In this document: piece after piece, positions 19,139-29,200 of the stretch
Numbering within the stretch: position 1 is the stretch's first letter
How the letters are laid out: each line of letters starts with the position of its first letter
Assembly (NCBI GenBank): GCA_020403245.1
Contig: JADBYA010000006.1
Location: 25,494-89,493, forward strand
Length of the DNA stretch: 64,000 nucleotides
From: Flavobacterium sp.
GTDB taxonomy: Bacteria > Bacteroidota > Bacteroidia > Flavobacteriales > Flavobacteriaceae
Direction: 5' to 3'
Made by a program: the position numbers and the translations under genes
The notes under the pieces: generated by a model
What the model was told of the DNA's origin: nothing
The model's database searches: none
The model's input: only the letters and a program-made list of their open reading frames with translations

Positions 19139-20392
19139 TTAATTTTGCTTTTTAATTAATCTTGGAACTTTAACATCCTGCCATAGAGCTTTTTCATTGC
19201 CACTGTATGATTTTGTAATTGGTTTACCATTTCTGGTTAATCCTTTTAAAAAACCTTTATCTATTGCATCCCAAAGCGCAAATTTGGCTTGGTTTTGCAA
19301 ATTGAATAATCCGAAATGATTCTCGTACCCTTCCGGATTCAAACCATCTTTCCAATTTTCATCAAAAGCTTCAAAATAAAAACAGGTGATTTTTTCTTTG
19401 TTTGACCATTCTCGCATCAATTTATAATATTGAGCAGCTTTGTATTCGTCGGCTGCTTTGGAACCATTATTTCCGTAAAACACATTATCATTGGAAGTCC
19501 AACCTGTTTCACCAATTTGAACTGGCTTATCAACGCCAATCGATTTCATATAGTTTACAACTCCATTATATTGTGAAATAGCATAATCTCTGGCTCGCAA
19601 CATAGCCGCATCTATTTTCATTTTATCGGACAAATTTGTTTCATTTTCTTTAATTCCCCATATTTCTGGAAAAAAACGTTCATCGTGAATTGGATACGTA
19701 TGCAAGGAAATAAAATCTACCGCTTTTATTAATTTATTCAAATCTTCGGTATGATATTGCGCATCACCTCCTCCCCAAGAAAGATAATTGTCTGAGCTTG
19801 TTATCCATAGATTTTTTGGTAATTGTTTTGTTTTTTTTAATTCTTGCAAATGATTTACCCATTTTAAAATGATATTTGGCGTTACATAATAACTGGTTGC
19901 CCATTTAACCATTGCCTCATTTCCAACAGAAATAAGCTTAATAATCTCAGGATATAGATTGGCTAATTCTACAGCTTTTTGAATTTCAATGGCATTACGT
20001 TGACTTTCTTCTTCATGAATTGGGGCGATTTCTGTCCAAGCATTTTTACAATCAATCCATGCGCCTAGCATCACATACATTTCAAACTTAGGATTCTCTT
20101 TTTTTAATTCGGTTATAGCTTTTAGCACATTTACTATTTCCTCCCGATGCAGATTATAGGTTCTGATTATTTTGATATTTATAGCTGCTAAAATTTTTAA
20201 ATCCTCCTTAACCTCCGAAACATTTGGTTCAATATCTCTTGTATTGGTGCGATAGCCACCATAACAAATACCTTGATATTTGGGATTTCCTAAAAGTATT
20301 TTGGCGGTAACTTCTTTTGAATTTTGCGCATAAAGTTTACCATAAGTAAAAGATAGCAGCAGCAGAAATACTATGTAGATTTCTTTTTTCAT
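19139..20392 (-). CDS. GH17 beta-1,3-glucan hydrolase/transglycosylase, periplasmic
   Basis: Signal peptide. SVGNEAMV and IGETGWTSND match the GH17 acid/base and nucleophile motifs. One-nt TAATG overlap with the upstream gene. Confidence 0.7.
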   Translation of the reverse strand: MKKEIYIVFLLLLSFTYGKLYAQNSKEVTAKILLGNPKYQGICYGGYRTNTRDIEPNVSEVKEDLKILAAINIKIIRTYNLHREEIVNVLKAITELKKENPKFEMYVMLGAWIDCKNAWTEIAPIHEEESQRNAIEIQKAVELANLYPEIIKLISVGNEAMVKWATSYYVTPNIILKWVNHLQELKKTKQLPKNLWITSSDNYLSWGGGDAQYHTEDLNKLIKAVDFISLHTYPIHDERFFPEIWGIKENETNLSDKMKIDAAMLRARDYAISQYNGVVNYMKSIGVDKPVQIGETGWTSNDNVFYGNNGSKAADEYKAAQYYKLMREWSNKEKITCFYFEAFDENWKDGLNPEGYENHFGLFNLQNQAKFALWDAIDKGFLKGLTRNGKPITKSYSGNEKALWQDVKVPRLIKKQN

Positions 20393-23300
20393 TAAGATAG
20401 TAAGCCATCTTTGATTGACACTATAATTTTGACTATTTCAGCAGTTCGTTGAAATATTTTTTGGCTATTTTCTTCATCCAATTCTAATGAATCGACTCTA
20501 TTTCTATTCCCATTTTTATAAAAAATCTCCATTTGATTGGCTGTTGATTTTGTATAAATAATTGGAACTTGACAAAAGGTAAACGCCAAACTATCTTTCT
20601 CTAAAGTAATTAACTTTTTAGTGCCATCAATTTGTATAAATACAGCTTCGGTATCTTCGGCTAAAAACTCTTTTTCGTGAAGTAAATTTGGTCGGAATTT
20701 CAATTTTCCATCGTGCATCTTCACTCCCAATTCACCAATTCTAGTAAGAATATCTTCTTTCACTTGACCCGTCATTCCTGGTTGTTGTGCTCCTTTGCTG
20801 AATGGCGTATGCGAATAAGGATCGGTTGGAAAAGCACCATAAACAACGGGGGATTTATGAACGCCAATTCCGGCTCCTATTTCTTCAAAATGAGTACTTA
20901 ATAAATTAATAACGTCTTGATTTTCATTTTGTTCAATAGCGAAATTGGTGACTTCTAAAACCGCTAACTGCAATTTCGAAACCATGTGCCAATAAATAGA
21001 GCCCAAACCTTCATAACCATAAAAAGTTCCTGAACGACCTGTAAAAGCTTTATGATTGAATACTTCTTCAAAAATTTGTAAAACAGTTTCTGTTTCAATG
21101 GCTACTAATTCTTTGTAAATTGGGTAATTTCCTAGCTTGAGTAGCGCTTCTTTTAAATCATTGGCATTATGAAAATTTCCATTAAAATGAAATCCACCTT
21201 TTATGTCTTGATTGATTAGTTGAAGATTACCTTTTTCAAGGAGTTTTTTCAGTAAAAAGGATTTTTCAACCTTCTCCTTTGGAATTGTATTTTTCTCTAG
21301 AAACTTTGGTAATTTTTTGTTTGGATATAAAATATAACTATTTTGATCTTTTCTATACAAATCACTACTTCTTAAGGCATCTAATACTTCAATTGATTTT
21401 TTTGCATCTAAATAACCTGAACTTAAAACAGCTACTTGACCTTCTAACATTTCGGGCAAATAGGAAATGGATATTCCGTCATTTTCTATCGACATTAAAT
21501 TATAAGCGTGGTATAGTTTATCGTGTCTTTGGTTGGCTTTGATAGCATGCTCGATAAAATCAATGCTTACTTGTGTAAATTTTTTCAAACCAGCCATAGA
21601 ATGGGTTCGTTTCTTACCCCAAAAACCACTGTAGTACACATGATTACGATATTCTGAAGCAGCTTGACCTAAAGCATCCAAAATTCTTTTTCTATCTTGA
21701 TTGTTTATGGAACCTGAAAGTTGTGGTTGAAACTCAATTAGACTTTCTCTTATAGCATGATAAAACTCAACCATTTCATTAGAAATCTTAATAGTTTCTT
21801 GATTTGAATTTTCCAATAACTGTTGGAAGAACTTCAGGAATCTTCTCAGGTAATAAAGCGTAACCATAGAAACGCCATTTCCAACAAGTGCATTATTGGC
21901 ATCATTCCATTCTGGTCGTTGTGTATTCATCCAAATCCCAGCTTCTGGAATAAAATTGGACATTTTTGCCAAAACGGTAGCCAATATTTTTTCGATAAAA
22001 TTTACGTGATAGATTTCATCATTATTGTCTCGCAACAAGGCACCATCTGCACCAATGCTGTCTCTTCTTTTATTGATTTTAGCATCCCATTCATGATTAA
22101 ACAAAATGGTATCCTTTGGATTTTGCAAAATCTCTTGATAGGATTTTATTGTATAAGGAACAGCAGCATATACAAAACATTCCTTATCAAAATAAGAGTT
22201 CAATTTACCGGGTTGGTATTTTTCTATAAACTCTAAAAATTTTAATAAATAAATGATTTGATGGTCACCCCAATACCCAATATAAGACCATGGATTATCG
22301 GGTTCAATAGTTTCCCAATCAAAACCTTCTTTTGTAACGCGATACGGATTGTAACCATCAAAAGTGGAAGCATTCAAGAACTTATGAATCATACCATCAA
22401 TAAATTCAGGATAAGCATAAGCTAAAGCTTCCCAATTCTGAAATATATCGCGCCAGTTGCCTTGATAATCTAATATTTTGGAACCATCAATTTCACTTCT
22501 GGTATTGATAGAAAACTTATTCCAAGGACGACTAGGGTCACCATGTCTCCGACTGAATTTAAGTGGTAAATATTCTGTGCATAACCGAATAATATCAGCA
22601 TCATCAACACTTGCAATTAATTGTTGCAAATGCGAATAATCAAAAGTTTCAGGTAAAGTATTAAAAAAAACAGAATTATTTTCAAAAACACTATTGTTTG
22701 CTTTTGAAATGTAATTTACAAAATCACTTTTTTCAACTTGATAGTTATTATCAAAAATTCCACCACGCATGATGTTGAATAATACGTTTGAAAAGTGGCG
22801 TGTATCTTTGCGTTTATCTGCAGTAAATTGCAATCCGTCTGCGGTAGCGTTTAAAGCAATTAGATTTTGTTTTCCTAATTCAATGTCTTCAAGTACTTTG
22901 TATTCTAATTCTTCATCATTACAAATGGCATCTGCCAATTGAATAACTTGCGATTGATCTTGATTAACGTTAGCAATAATATGCCAACTCTTAGTAGAAT
23001 TTTTAACTAGATATAAGTTGGTCGAAACAAAATAAGCTCCTTTTTCCCCTTTAATATCAGTTTCATTTTGAAGTTGTTGGGCTTTTCTGAATGCTGGGAG
23101 TTGTAACGATGAAAGTAAATAAGTTGGTTTATCTATGCCTAAAGACCATGCTACATTGGCTTTCAGCGCTTCGCTGGGTTCGGCTTTATCCACAATAATA
23201 GCACTAAGAGCAAAAATACCTAAACCGCTTTCTTGGAGCAATTCATTTCTTTTATAAGCGTCAACTAAGTTACTGGTTGTTGCTTGTAAATCGCTACTAA

Positions 23301-23862
23301 CACCATTAGGCAAAATGTTTTGAATACCATCTAAAAGAGTAATTGAATAATCAGTTGCTGCATTACTGATCAACTCCGATGTTTTTACAAATCCAAATAA
23401 ATTACTAGAACTCCATTGATATCTAAAAGTGAGCTGAAAATCATCATGAACTTCTTCAAAAAGGATTTTATTTCCATACTCATTTTTGTAAATATTCCGA
23501 CTTAAATTATAGTTTTCATTAAAACGTTCCGAAAAAGGTTCCCAAAGATAAGTTTGATCATCTGAATGAATTTGGAAAATGGTTTTACTTCCAGTGATAT
23601 CAGCAAATTCAGTAATTTTATCATCGGTATAATAAGGAAAAAGAGCCAATTCGGCGTTTTTTCTTCCTGCTGTTAGTCCGCCATTGCTTGATATAAACAT
23701 CCAGTGATTAGAATCACTTACGATACTCATAAAAAATGGTCGCATGCTATCATTATTAGCAATTTTATAATAATTTTCATTATCAATAACGACCATTTCT
23801 AAAGAAACAGTTTTATCTACAATTTTTGAATCATTATCCATAATTGTTTGGCTTTGGCTCAT
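20392..23862 (-). CDS. Large cytoplasmic GH94/GH149-like glycoside phosphorylase (putative beta-1,3-glucan phosphorylase)
   Basis: 1156 aa with no signal peptide. Motifs RRHGDPSRPWNKF and RPEWNDANNAL resemble GH94-type phosphate-binding and DWND catalytic motifs (recalled from memory). Embedded between GH16 and GH17. Confidence 0.55.
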   Translation of the reverse strand: MSQSQTIMDNDSKIVDKTVSLEMVVIDNENYYKIANNDSMRPFFMSIVSDSNHWMFISSNGGLTAGRKNAELALFPYYTDDKITEFADITGSKTIFQIHSDDQTYLWEPFSERFNENYNLSRNIYKNEYGNKILFEEVHDDFQLTFRYQWSSSNLFGFVKTSELISNAATDYSITLLDGIQNILPNGVSSDLQATTSNLVDAYKRNELLQESGLGIFALSAIIVDKAEPSEALKANVAWSLGIDKPTYLLSSLQLPAFRKAQQLQNETDIKGEKGAYFVSTNLYLVKNSTKSWHIIANVNQDQSQVIQLADAICNDEELEYKVLEDIELGKQNLIALNATADGLQFTADKRKDTRHFSNVLFNIMRGGIFDNNYQVEKSDFVNYISKANNSVFENNSVFFNTLPETFDYSHLQQLIASVDDADIIRLCTEYLPLKFSRRHGDPSRPWNKFSINTRSEIDGSKILDYQGNWRDIFQNWEALAYAYPEFIDGMIHKFLNASTFDGYNPYRVTKEGFDWETIEPDNPWSYIGYWGDHQIIYLLKFLEFIEKYQPGKLNSYFDKECFVYAAVPYTIKSYQEILQNPKDTILFNHEWDAKINKRRDSIGADGALLRDNNDEIYHVNFIEKILATVLAKMSNFIPEAGIWMNTQRPEWNDANNALVGNGVSMVTLYYLRRFLKFFQQLLENSNQETIKISNEMVEFYHAIRESLIEFQPQLSGSINNQDRKRILDALGQAASEYRNHVYYSGFWGKKRTHSMAGLKKFTQVSIDFIEHAIKANQRHDKLYHAYNLMSIENDGISISYLPEMLEGQVAVLSSGYLDAKKSIEVLDALRSSDLYRKDQNSYILYPNKKLPKFLEKNTIPKEKVEKSFLLKKLLEKGNLQLINQDIKGGFHFNGNFHNANDLKEALLKLGNYPIYKELVAIETETVLQIFEEVFNHKAFTGRSGTFYGYEGLGSIYWHMVSKLQLAVLEVTNFAIEQNENQDVINLLSTHFEEIGAGIGVHKSPVVYGAFPTDPYSHTPFSKGAQQPGMTGQVKEDILTRIGELGVKMHDGKLKFRPNLLHEKEFLAEDTEAVFIQIDGTKKLITLEKDSLAFTFCQVPIIYTKSTANQMEIFYKNGNRNRVDSLELDEENSQKIFQRTAEIVKIIVSIKDGLLS

Positions 23863-23907
23863 AAACTTTCTAAATTCAATCAGATTTAAATAATTATTGA
23901 CTGATTT

Positions 23908-24708
23908 CTATTCGTAAATTCTGATATAATCCACTAACATTGATTGGGGAAAAGGAGTTTCAGCATTAGGCGAACCAGGTAAATTTCCTCCAACTGCAAT
24001 GTTAAGAATTAAATAAAAAGATTGATTGAAAACCCATTCTCCAGGAACATCACTAGGTGTAACAGAATGATATAAGAAGTCATCCACATAAAAATTTATG
24101 TTATTTTCGTCCCATTCTATCCCAAAAACATGAAAATCAGTATCAAACCTACTATTTGAAAGAAAGAAGTTTTTTGAAATTGATTCACCACCAGAGTATC
24201 CGGGACCGTGAACGGTTCCAAATATTTTAGTTGGACTATTCCCAAGGTATTCCATAATATCGATCTCTCCACAAGCGGGCCATGTAACCGTATCAGAATT
24301 GGCTCCTAACATCCAAAAAGCTGGCCACAATCCTTGACCTAATGGGAGTTTGATACGTGCTTCTATTCTGCCATATTTTTGTTCCAATTTGCCTTTGGTT
24401 AAAATTCTAGCCGAAGTGAATGCAGATCCTAAATACAGTTCTCGACGAGCAGTTATCTTTAGATTACCATTCTCAACTATTATATTTTGGGGTCTATCAG
24501 TATAATATTGTTTTTCGTTGTTTCCCCAACCATTGTTGCCAGTTCCAATATTATAACTCCATAAGTTTGGATTTGGAGCACCATTTACATCAAATTCTTC
24601 ACTCATAACCAAAGTCTTTTTGGTTATTACAGTTTGCTTTTCATCGGTTGAGCAACCTAGAAATAGTAAGCAAAAGCCAATTGTAAGTAAATTATTTATT
24701 TTTATCAT
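23908..24708 (-). CDS. GH16 laminarinase lipoprotein
   Basis: Lipobox LFLGCS, GEIDIMEY, WPAFWMLG. 266 aa single-domain GH16. Confidence 0.9.
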   Translation of the reverse strand: MIKINNLLTIGFCLLFLGCSTDEKQTVITKKTLVMSEEFDVNGAPNPNLWSYNIGTGNNGWGNNEKQYYTDRPQNIIVENGNLKITARRELYLGSAFTSARILTKGKLEQKYGRIEARIKLPLGQGLWPAFWMLGANSDTVTWPACGEIDIMEYLGNSPTKIFGTVHGPGYSGGESISKNFFLSNSRFDTDFHVFGIEWDENNINFYVDDFLYHSVTPSDVPGEWVFNQSFYLILNIAVGGNLPGSPNAETPFPQSMLVDYIRIYE

Positions 24709-24742
24709 TATTATTTATTTGAAAGTTAAAAAGATATTTTGG

Positions 24743-26179
24743 TTAGTTATAAAAATAGATATTGTCAACATAAATGACTGAACCATCACCACCCTCTAAA
24801 ATAATTTGAGCAAGTTTAGACCGACTTAGTAAACCAGGCATTGCAGAGAAAGGAATATCAATGGACATCCAATTTTGTGAAACTAAAAAAGGCGCTGCAA
24901 AAGTCGTTGAATGTCTTGTATCATCACCGCCACCAAAAACGCCGTTTGCACCAAAATCAACAACTATAACTCTCAATTGTCTTCCCGGAGCAATAGGGCC
25001 TGGTATAAATGCATCTAAATGCACATGTGTCATGGTAGTGGCATTTACTGTTGGGTTGCTAAATTCAATACCAACAAAATTAAAAATGGTATAGTTTAAT
25101 ATGTTATCATTTGAAACTGAAAAGTCATTAGAAACGGTAGTTTGCCATGGCTGCCAATAGCCGTTATAATAATTTACCGGTACGTTGTTATAGGTATCTG
25201 AAAAAATTGAAATAACATTAGCTTGATTTCTTGTAGGAATTGGAGCATGAACAAAAACACCAGAACAATTAATGGTTAAACTCCCTAAAGCTGTTACTCC
25301 TTTAAAACTAGCTGTAATTACAGCTGTACCCGCACTATTCGATGTTACTACACCTGATGAATCAACAGATGCTACGCTAGGGTTGGAAGAAGTAAAATCC
25401 ATAAAAGCTGGACTTACTGCAACTGCCTGATTGACTCCACTAGGTAAATTAAATGTTACTTTTACATTTTGCACACTTGAGCTAACTCCAACAAACGTTG
25501 TTTGAGAAACATTATTCCCATTCATAATTGAAGCTTGACCTGGTGCAATAGTACCTAATTTTTCAAATTTCAAATCATCAATCCAAAAAGTATAACCAAA
25601 ACCATTGGTTCCCTCACTACCAGCCGAATATCTAAACATACCTCTTTCTTTAACAAGTTTAGATGCATCGGGTATTGGAATAATTACTTTTTGCCAGTTT
25701 GTTCCCACGCTAACATTTTTAATGGTTGTAATGTATTTATTTGGGAAAAAATCTTCACCAAAACCAAACTCACCAATAGTTACTCCCTGACTAGCTTTAA
25801 CATAAAAAGTTAATGCGTCATAACCCGTTAAATTACGACCTGCTCCTTCTGTTCTAAAAATGGCACCAGTATAGTTTCCTTGAGGATTATTACTATTTGG
25901 AACATCAAAACGCATGGAGGCATTACTATTGTATCCTACTTGTCTATCAACCGACCAAGCTGTAAATAACGAGCCCACAGGATTAGAGGCATCTGGACCA
26001 TAAGGAAAGTAAAAATCTGTTCCCATTCCTATAACATCTTCGATGAAGATTTCTGCTGTTTTAGGGTAAGTAGCTAATGTAGCGTCATCAGACATCTCTC
26101 TTTCACAACTGTAATTGATTAGTAAAATCAATACTAAAAGCAGAGAATTTCTAAATAATTTTAAATTTGTGTTTTTCAT
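24743..26179 (-). CDS. Surface glycan-binding lipoprotein candidate (Big_2 domain plus C-terminal beta-glucan-binding-like module)
   Basis: Lipobox LINYSC. Big_2-like segment SSNPSVASVDSSGVVTSNSAGTAVITA. The C-terminal module (SIFSDTYNN...WMSIDIPFSA...IYVDNIYFYN) is shared with the 618-aa T9SS protein. Confidence 0.55.
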   Translation of the reverse strand: MKNTNLKLFRNSLLLVLILLINYSCEREMSDDATLATYPKTAEIFIEDVIGMGTDFYFPYGPDASNPVGSLFTAWSVDRQVGYNSNASMRFDVPNSNNPQGNYTGAIFRTEGAGRNLTGYDALTFYVKASQGVTIGEFGFGEDFFPNKYITTIKNVSVGTNWQKVIIPIPDASKLVKERGMFRYSAGSEGTNGFGYTFWIDDLKFEKLGTIAPGQASIMNGNNVSQTTFVGVSSSVQNVKVTFNLPSGVNQAVAVSPAFMDFTSSNPSVASVDSSGVVTSNSAGTAVITASFKGVTALGSLTINCSGVFVHAPIPTRNQANVISIFSDTYNNVPVNYYNGYWQPWQTTVSNDFSVSNDNILNYTIFNFVGIEFSNPTVNATTMTHVHLDAFIPGPIAPGRQLRVIVVDFGANGVFGGGDDTRHSTTFAAPFLVSQNWMSIDIPFSAMPGLLSRSKLAQIILEGGDGSVIYVDNIYFYN

Positions 26180-26203
26180 TTTTTCAATTTTTTAATTTTT
26201 TAT

Positions 26204-29200
26204 CTATTTTCCAATATTTATATGAACATACGTTCTAATTTCCCATTCAGAGCCATTACCAAAACCAACTGGACTTAATGGAGGCACTGCTGGAAATGTG
26301 TTTTCTGGTACGAAAGTTGGCAAATACCTTGGTGAGTATTGGTCTAATGAACGCCAAATTCCCATAATACCTATTCGAGTATCTGGCAAAATGAACCAAC
26401 TTGGTTTTCCAACTGAAGTTGATATATCTAATGCTGTTTGAACAGGGAAAGTTAAGTTAAAATCTCTATGGTAGTCAAATGGACCCCAATCGTTAAATTT
26501 AACAGAGGAAACCACTTTTACTTTTTTATAAATCATTCTAATATCGCCACCAACTCTATTAATTGTTCTTTCGGAGTCGCCATTTGCTTGACCATTACCA
26601 AAATAAATGTTAGCAATTATACCAAAATCTGGAGTAAGTTTGGATACTATTCTGGTATTTGATTCCCATAAATCTTGAGCTGGTGCAGATCTTTCAAAAG
26701 CAAAAAGACTTCTGTTGGCTAAAAATCCAATGGCAGCATCTTGTGTTGTAGGCAAATGACGGTAAACAAATCCTGTATTAAATGCAAATTTGGCATCTTC
26801 TACCATATCATTATTCCATTCGTACATCCATGTTGCTGGAGTAGGGTCATACGTTAACAAGAATTCACCACCAACAGTTTCTCTATTGACTCTTACAATA
26901 AAAGGGTCTTCTAATATGTTTCTTAACCTTCCTGGTGCATCCACCCCATTTGGCATTGCCTCAACAAGAGGTTTTTGCCATAAAAAGTTGGGAGCTAATT
27001 GTAAATTAGAATTTACATTATAAGTTAATCCTGTTAGGACATTCATTTGATTTCCACTTCCGGTATCTTTTAAACGCCATCCTGTAAAAGTTTGAGTTAA
27101 ATCGGCACCACCATTGGCAACTAATCCTTGTATTGCTCCTTGAGCGTAAGCATTAAATCTGCCTTCTGAAAAAGTTAATTTTGCTTTTCCACCCCAATTG
27201 TCGCTCGATTTGACTTTATCAACTTTTACCACATCACCATCCATCATTTGGAATTCTCTACCGTTTAAAGGTTGTCCGCCCCAAATACCACCTAATTCAA
27301 TACCTAAGTTTCCGAGCTTGGTTTTAAAATGAACTGTTGCTCTTCTTGTTATTGGTTGAGGGATAAATAAGGAAGTAATGGCACCAGCAGCACTAGCTAT
27401 ATCTTCGTGATACACTGCAGTAGCATCAACCCTACCAATTTTCTTGCTGTATTTTAGTAAATAAGCTGGATTCGCTCCCCACCAAAGTTGTGGTCCAAAA
27501 GCAGCTTTTAATCCATCCAAACTACCTTTACCATCTATTTCTAAACCTAATGTTTCTCCGTTATAGATGTCTAAATTTGGTCCATAATTTGTTTCTGGAT
27601 ACAACCCAAAGAAATCACCTTCATAACCCCAATGGTAATGACCAACTCTGTAAAAACCTCTCACCTCAAAATCCTTAGTATTCCATTTGTATGAGGCATT
27701 ATAAACTTGGATTCTGTTTACATCAGTAGTTAATACATTTCCATCTTCTGTAACTACATTTTGAGCTCTACCTCTATTTTCATAAAAAATTTCGTTAATG
27801 GGATTATTAGCAACATTACCAAGAATATTAAAGTTTACGTTGGCTTTCATATTGGATGACGGGTTCCCTTCAATACCAATAAAATATGATTGCATGTGGT
27901 CAAAACCTGTTTTATTTGGATATGTATTTGTATTTGGATCATCTACTTCTGGTGTAGTTAATAGACTACCACCTGTAGAAAAAGTTGTGAATTCAGCTCT
28001 TAAATTACTTACTTTTAAAATATCTGTGTCATTAGTACCAAGGGCAGCTTTATCACCTCTAGCTCTTAAAGCAGCATCCATAAGATTTGCATTTTCGAAA
28101 TTGTTATTTAAAATAGTTACATTAGCTCCATTGTCAAATGGATTAAACTTATGTAAATCTTTTAATACATAATAGGCGGCTCTTGGATACAGTTGGTATG
28201 ACCCATTTGCACTAGTTGGCCCTTTGGCACAAATTCCAAACCATTCCTCGTTCATATTGTTTTGACCTTCAGTAAAATCTTTCTGATAACCACCGTTTGA
28301 CCAAGAAGCATTACTATCATGAGAGTCTAAATTTTTGGTTTGTCCAAATTTCCACCAACCATCACTAAACTGAAATGTAAAACCTCCTATACAGTTTTCT
28401 GATTTGCCTAAACCAGCAGCGTTTTCATATATTTCTTTCCAATTTCCTTTCAGATAAAAAGCTTGAGCATTTTGGTCTTCTTGATTGGTTAATACATTGA
28501 AAGCATCAGCACCAAACTCTGTGAATAATACTGGTTTACCATATTCTTTTTTAACTCGTTCGAATAAATCTCCAAATGAAACACCTCTGTAAACATTGGT
28601 TCCAAGTATATCAACGTCTCTACATTCTTTGGAAATTATATCAAGAAAAAGCAAATCACCATTACATATTGCAATAGGATGTGAAGTGTCTATTGCTTTC
28701 ATGGCTACAACAGCAGAATTAAAAAACTTGTACATGGACTCAGCCCTAACCGTTGATTTTCTATCTTTTAAAGGAATATCTTCTGTTTCTGCTCCATCCC
28801 AAAATAAGCCATAGTTGTTTTCGTTTCCTAACAAAAACAATAATAAACCTTTTGCATCCTTGTATTCAGAAATCATTTCTTTCACCTCTTTCATTAAAAG
28901 AGCTTGTGTTTTACTATCGGAATATTCAGTATTTGGTGTCCAAACTCCATCTAATGTTAATCCATAACGTCCAAATGAATGATTTAGCATAGTGTAAATA
29001 CCATGATTTGTGTAAATATATTCAATCCATTTTTTAGGAATACCACTATAAACTCTAATTGTATTTACCCCCATGTTTTTAAGCAATCCCATTTCTGAAT
29101 CAAGAGCATCCTTGATGAAATTATCTGTTTGTTTCCAAAGACTGTAATTGTAATTTTCTCCAATTGGAATGTAATCCCAATTCATCCCATTTACAATAAA

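Noticed and set aside
21823-22236. Antisense or alternate-frame ORFs nested in large genes. Examples: 334-570, 3798-4210, 16813-17121, 20713-20901, 21279-21542, 21823-22236, 26468-28992, 29898-30261, 31084-31404, 35300-37643, 39809-41395, 45136-45426, 46076-46360 and 51177-51458.
   Set aside because: Each lies wholly inside a longer ORF with clear homology or operon context. Their compositions are low-complexity or biased, as expected for shadow frames in AT-rich DNA.
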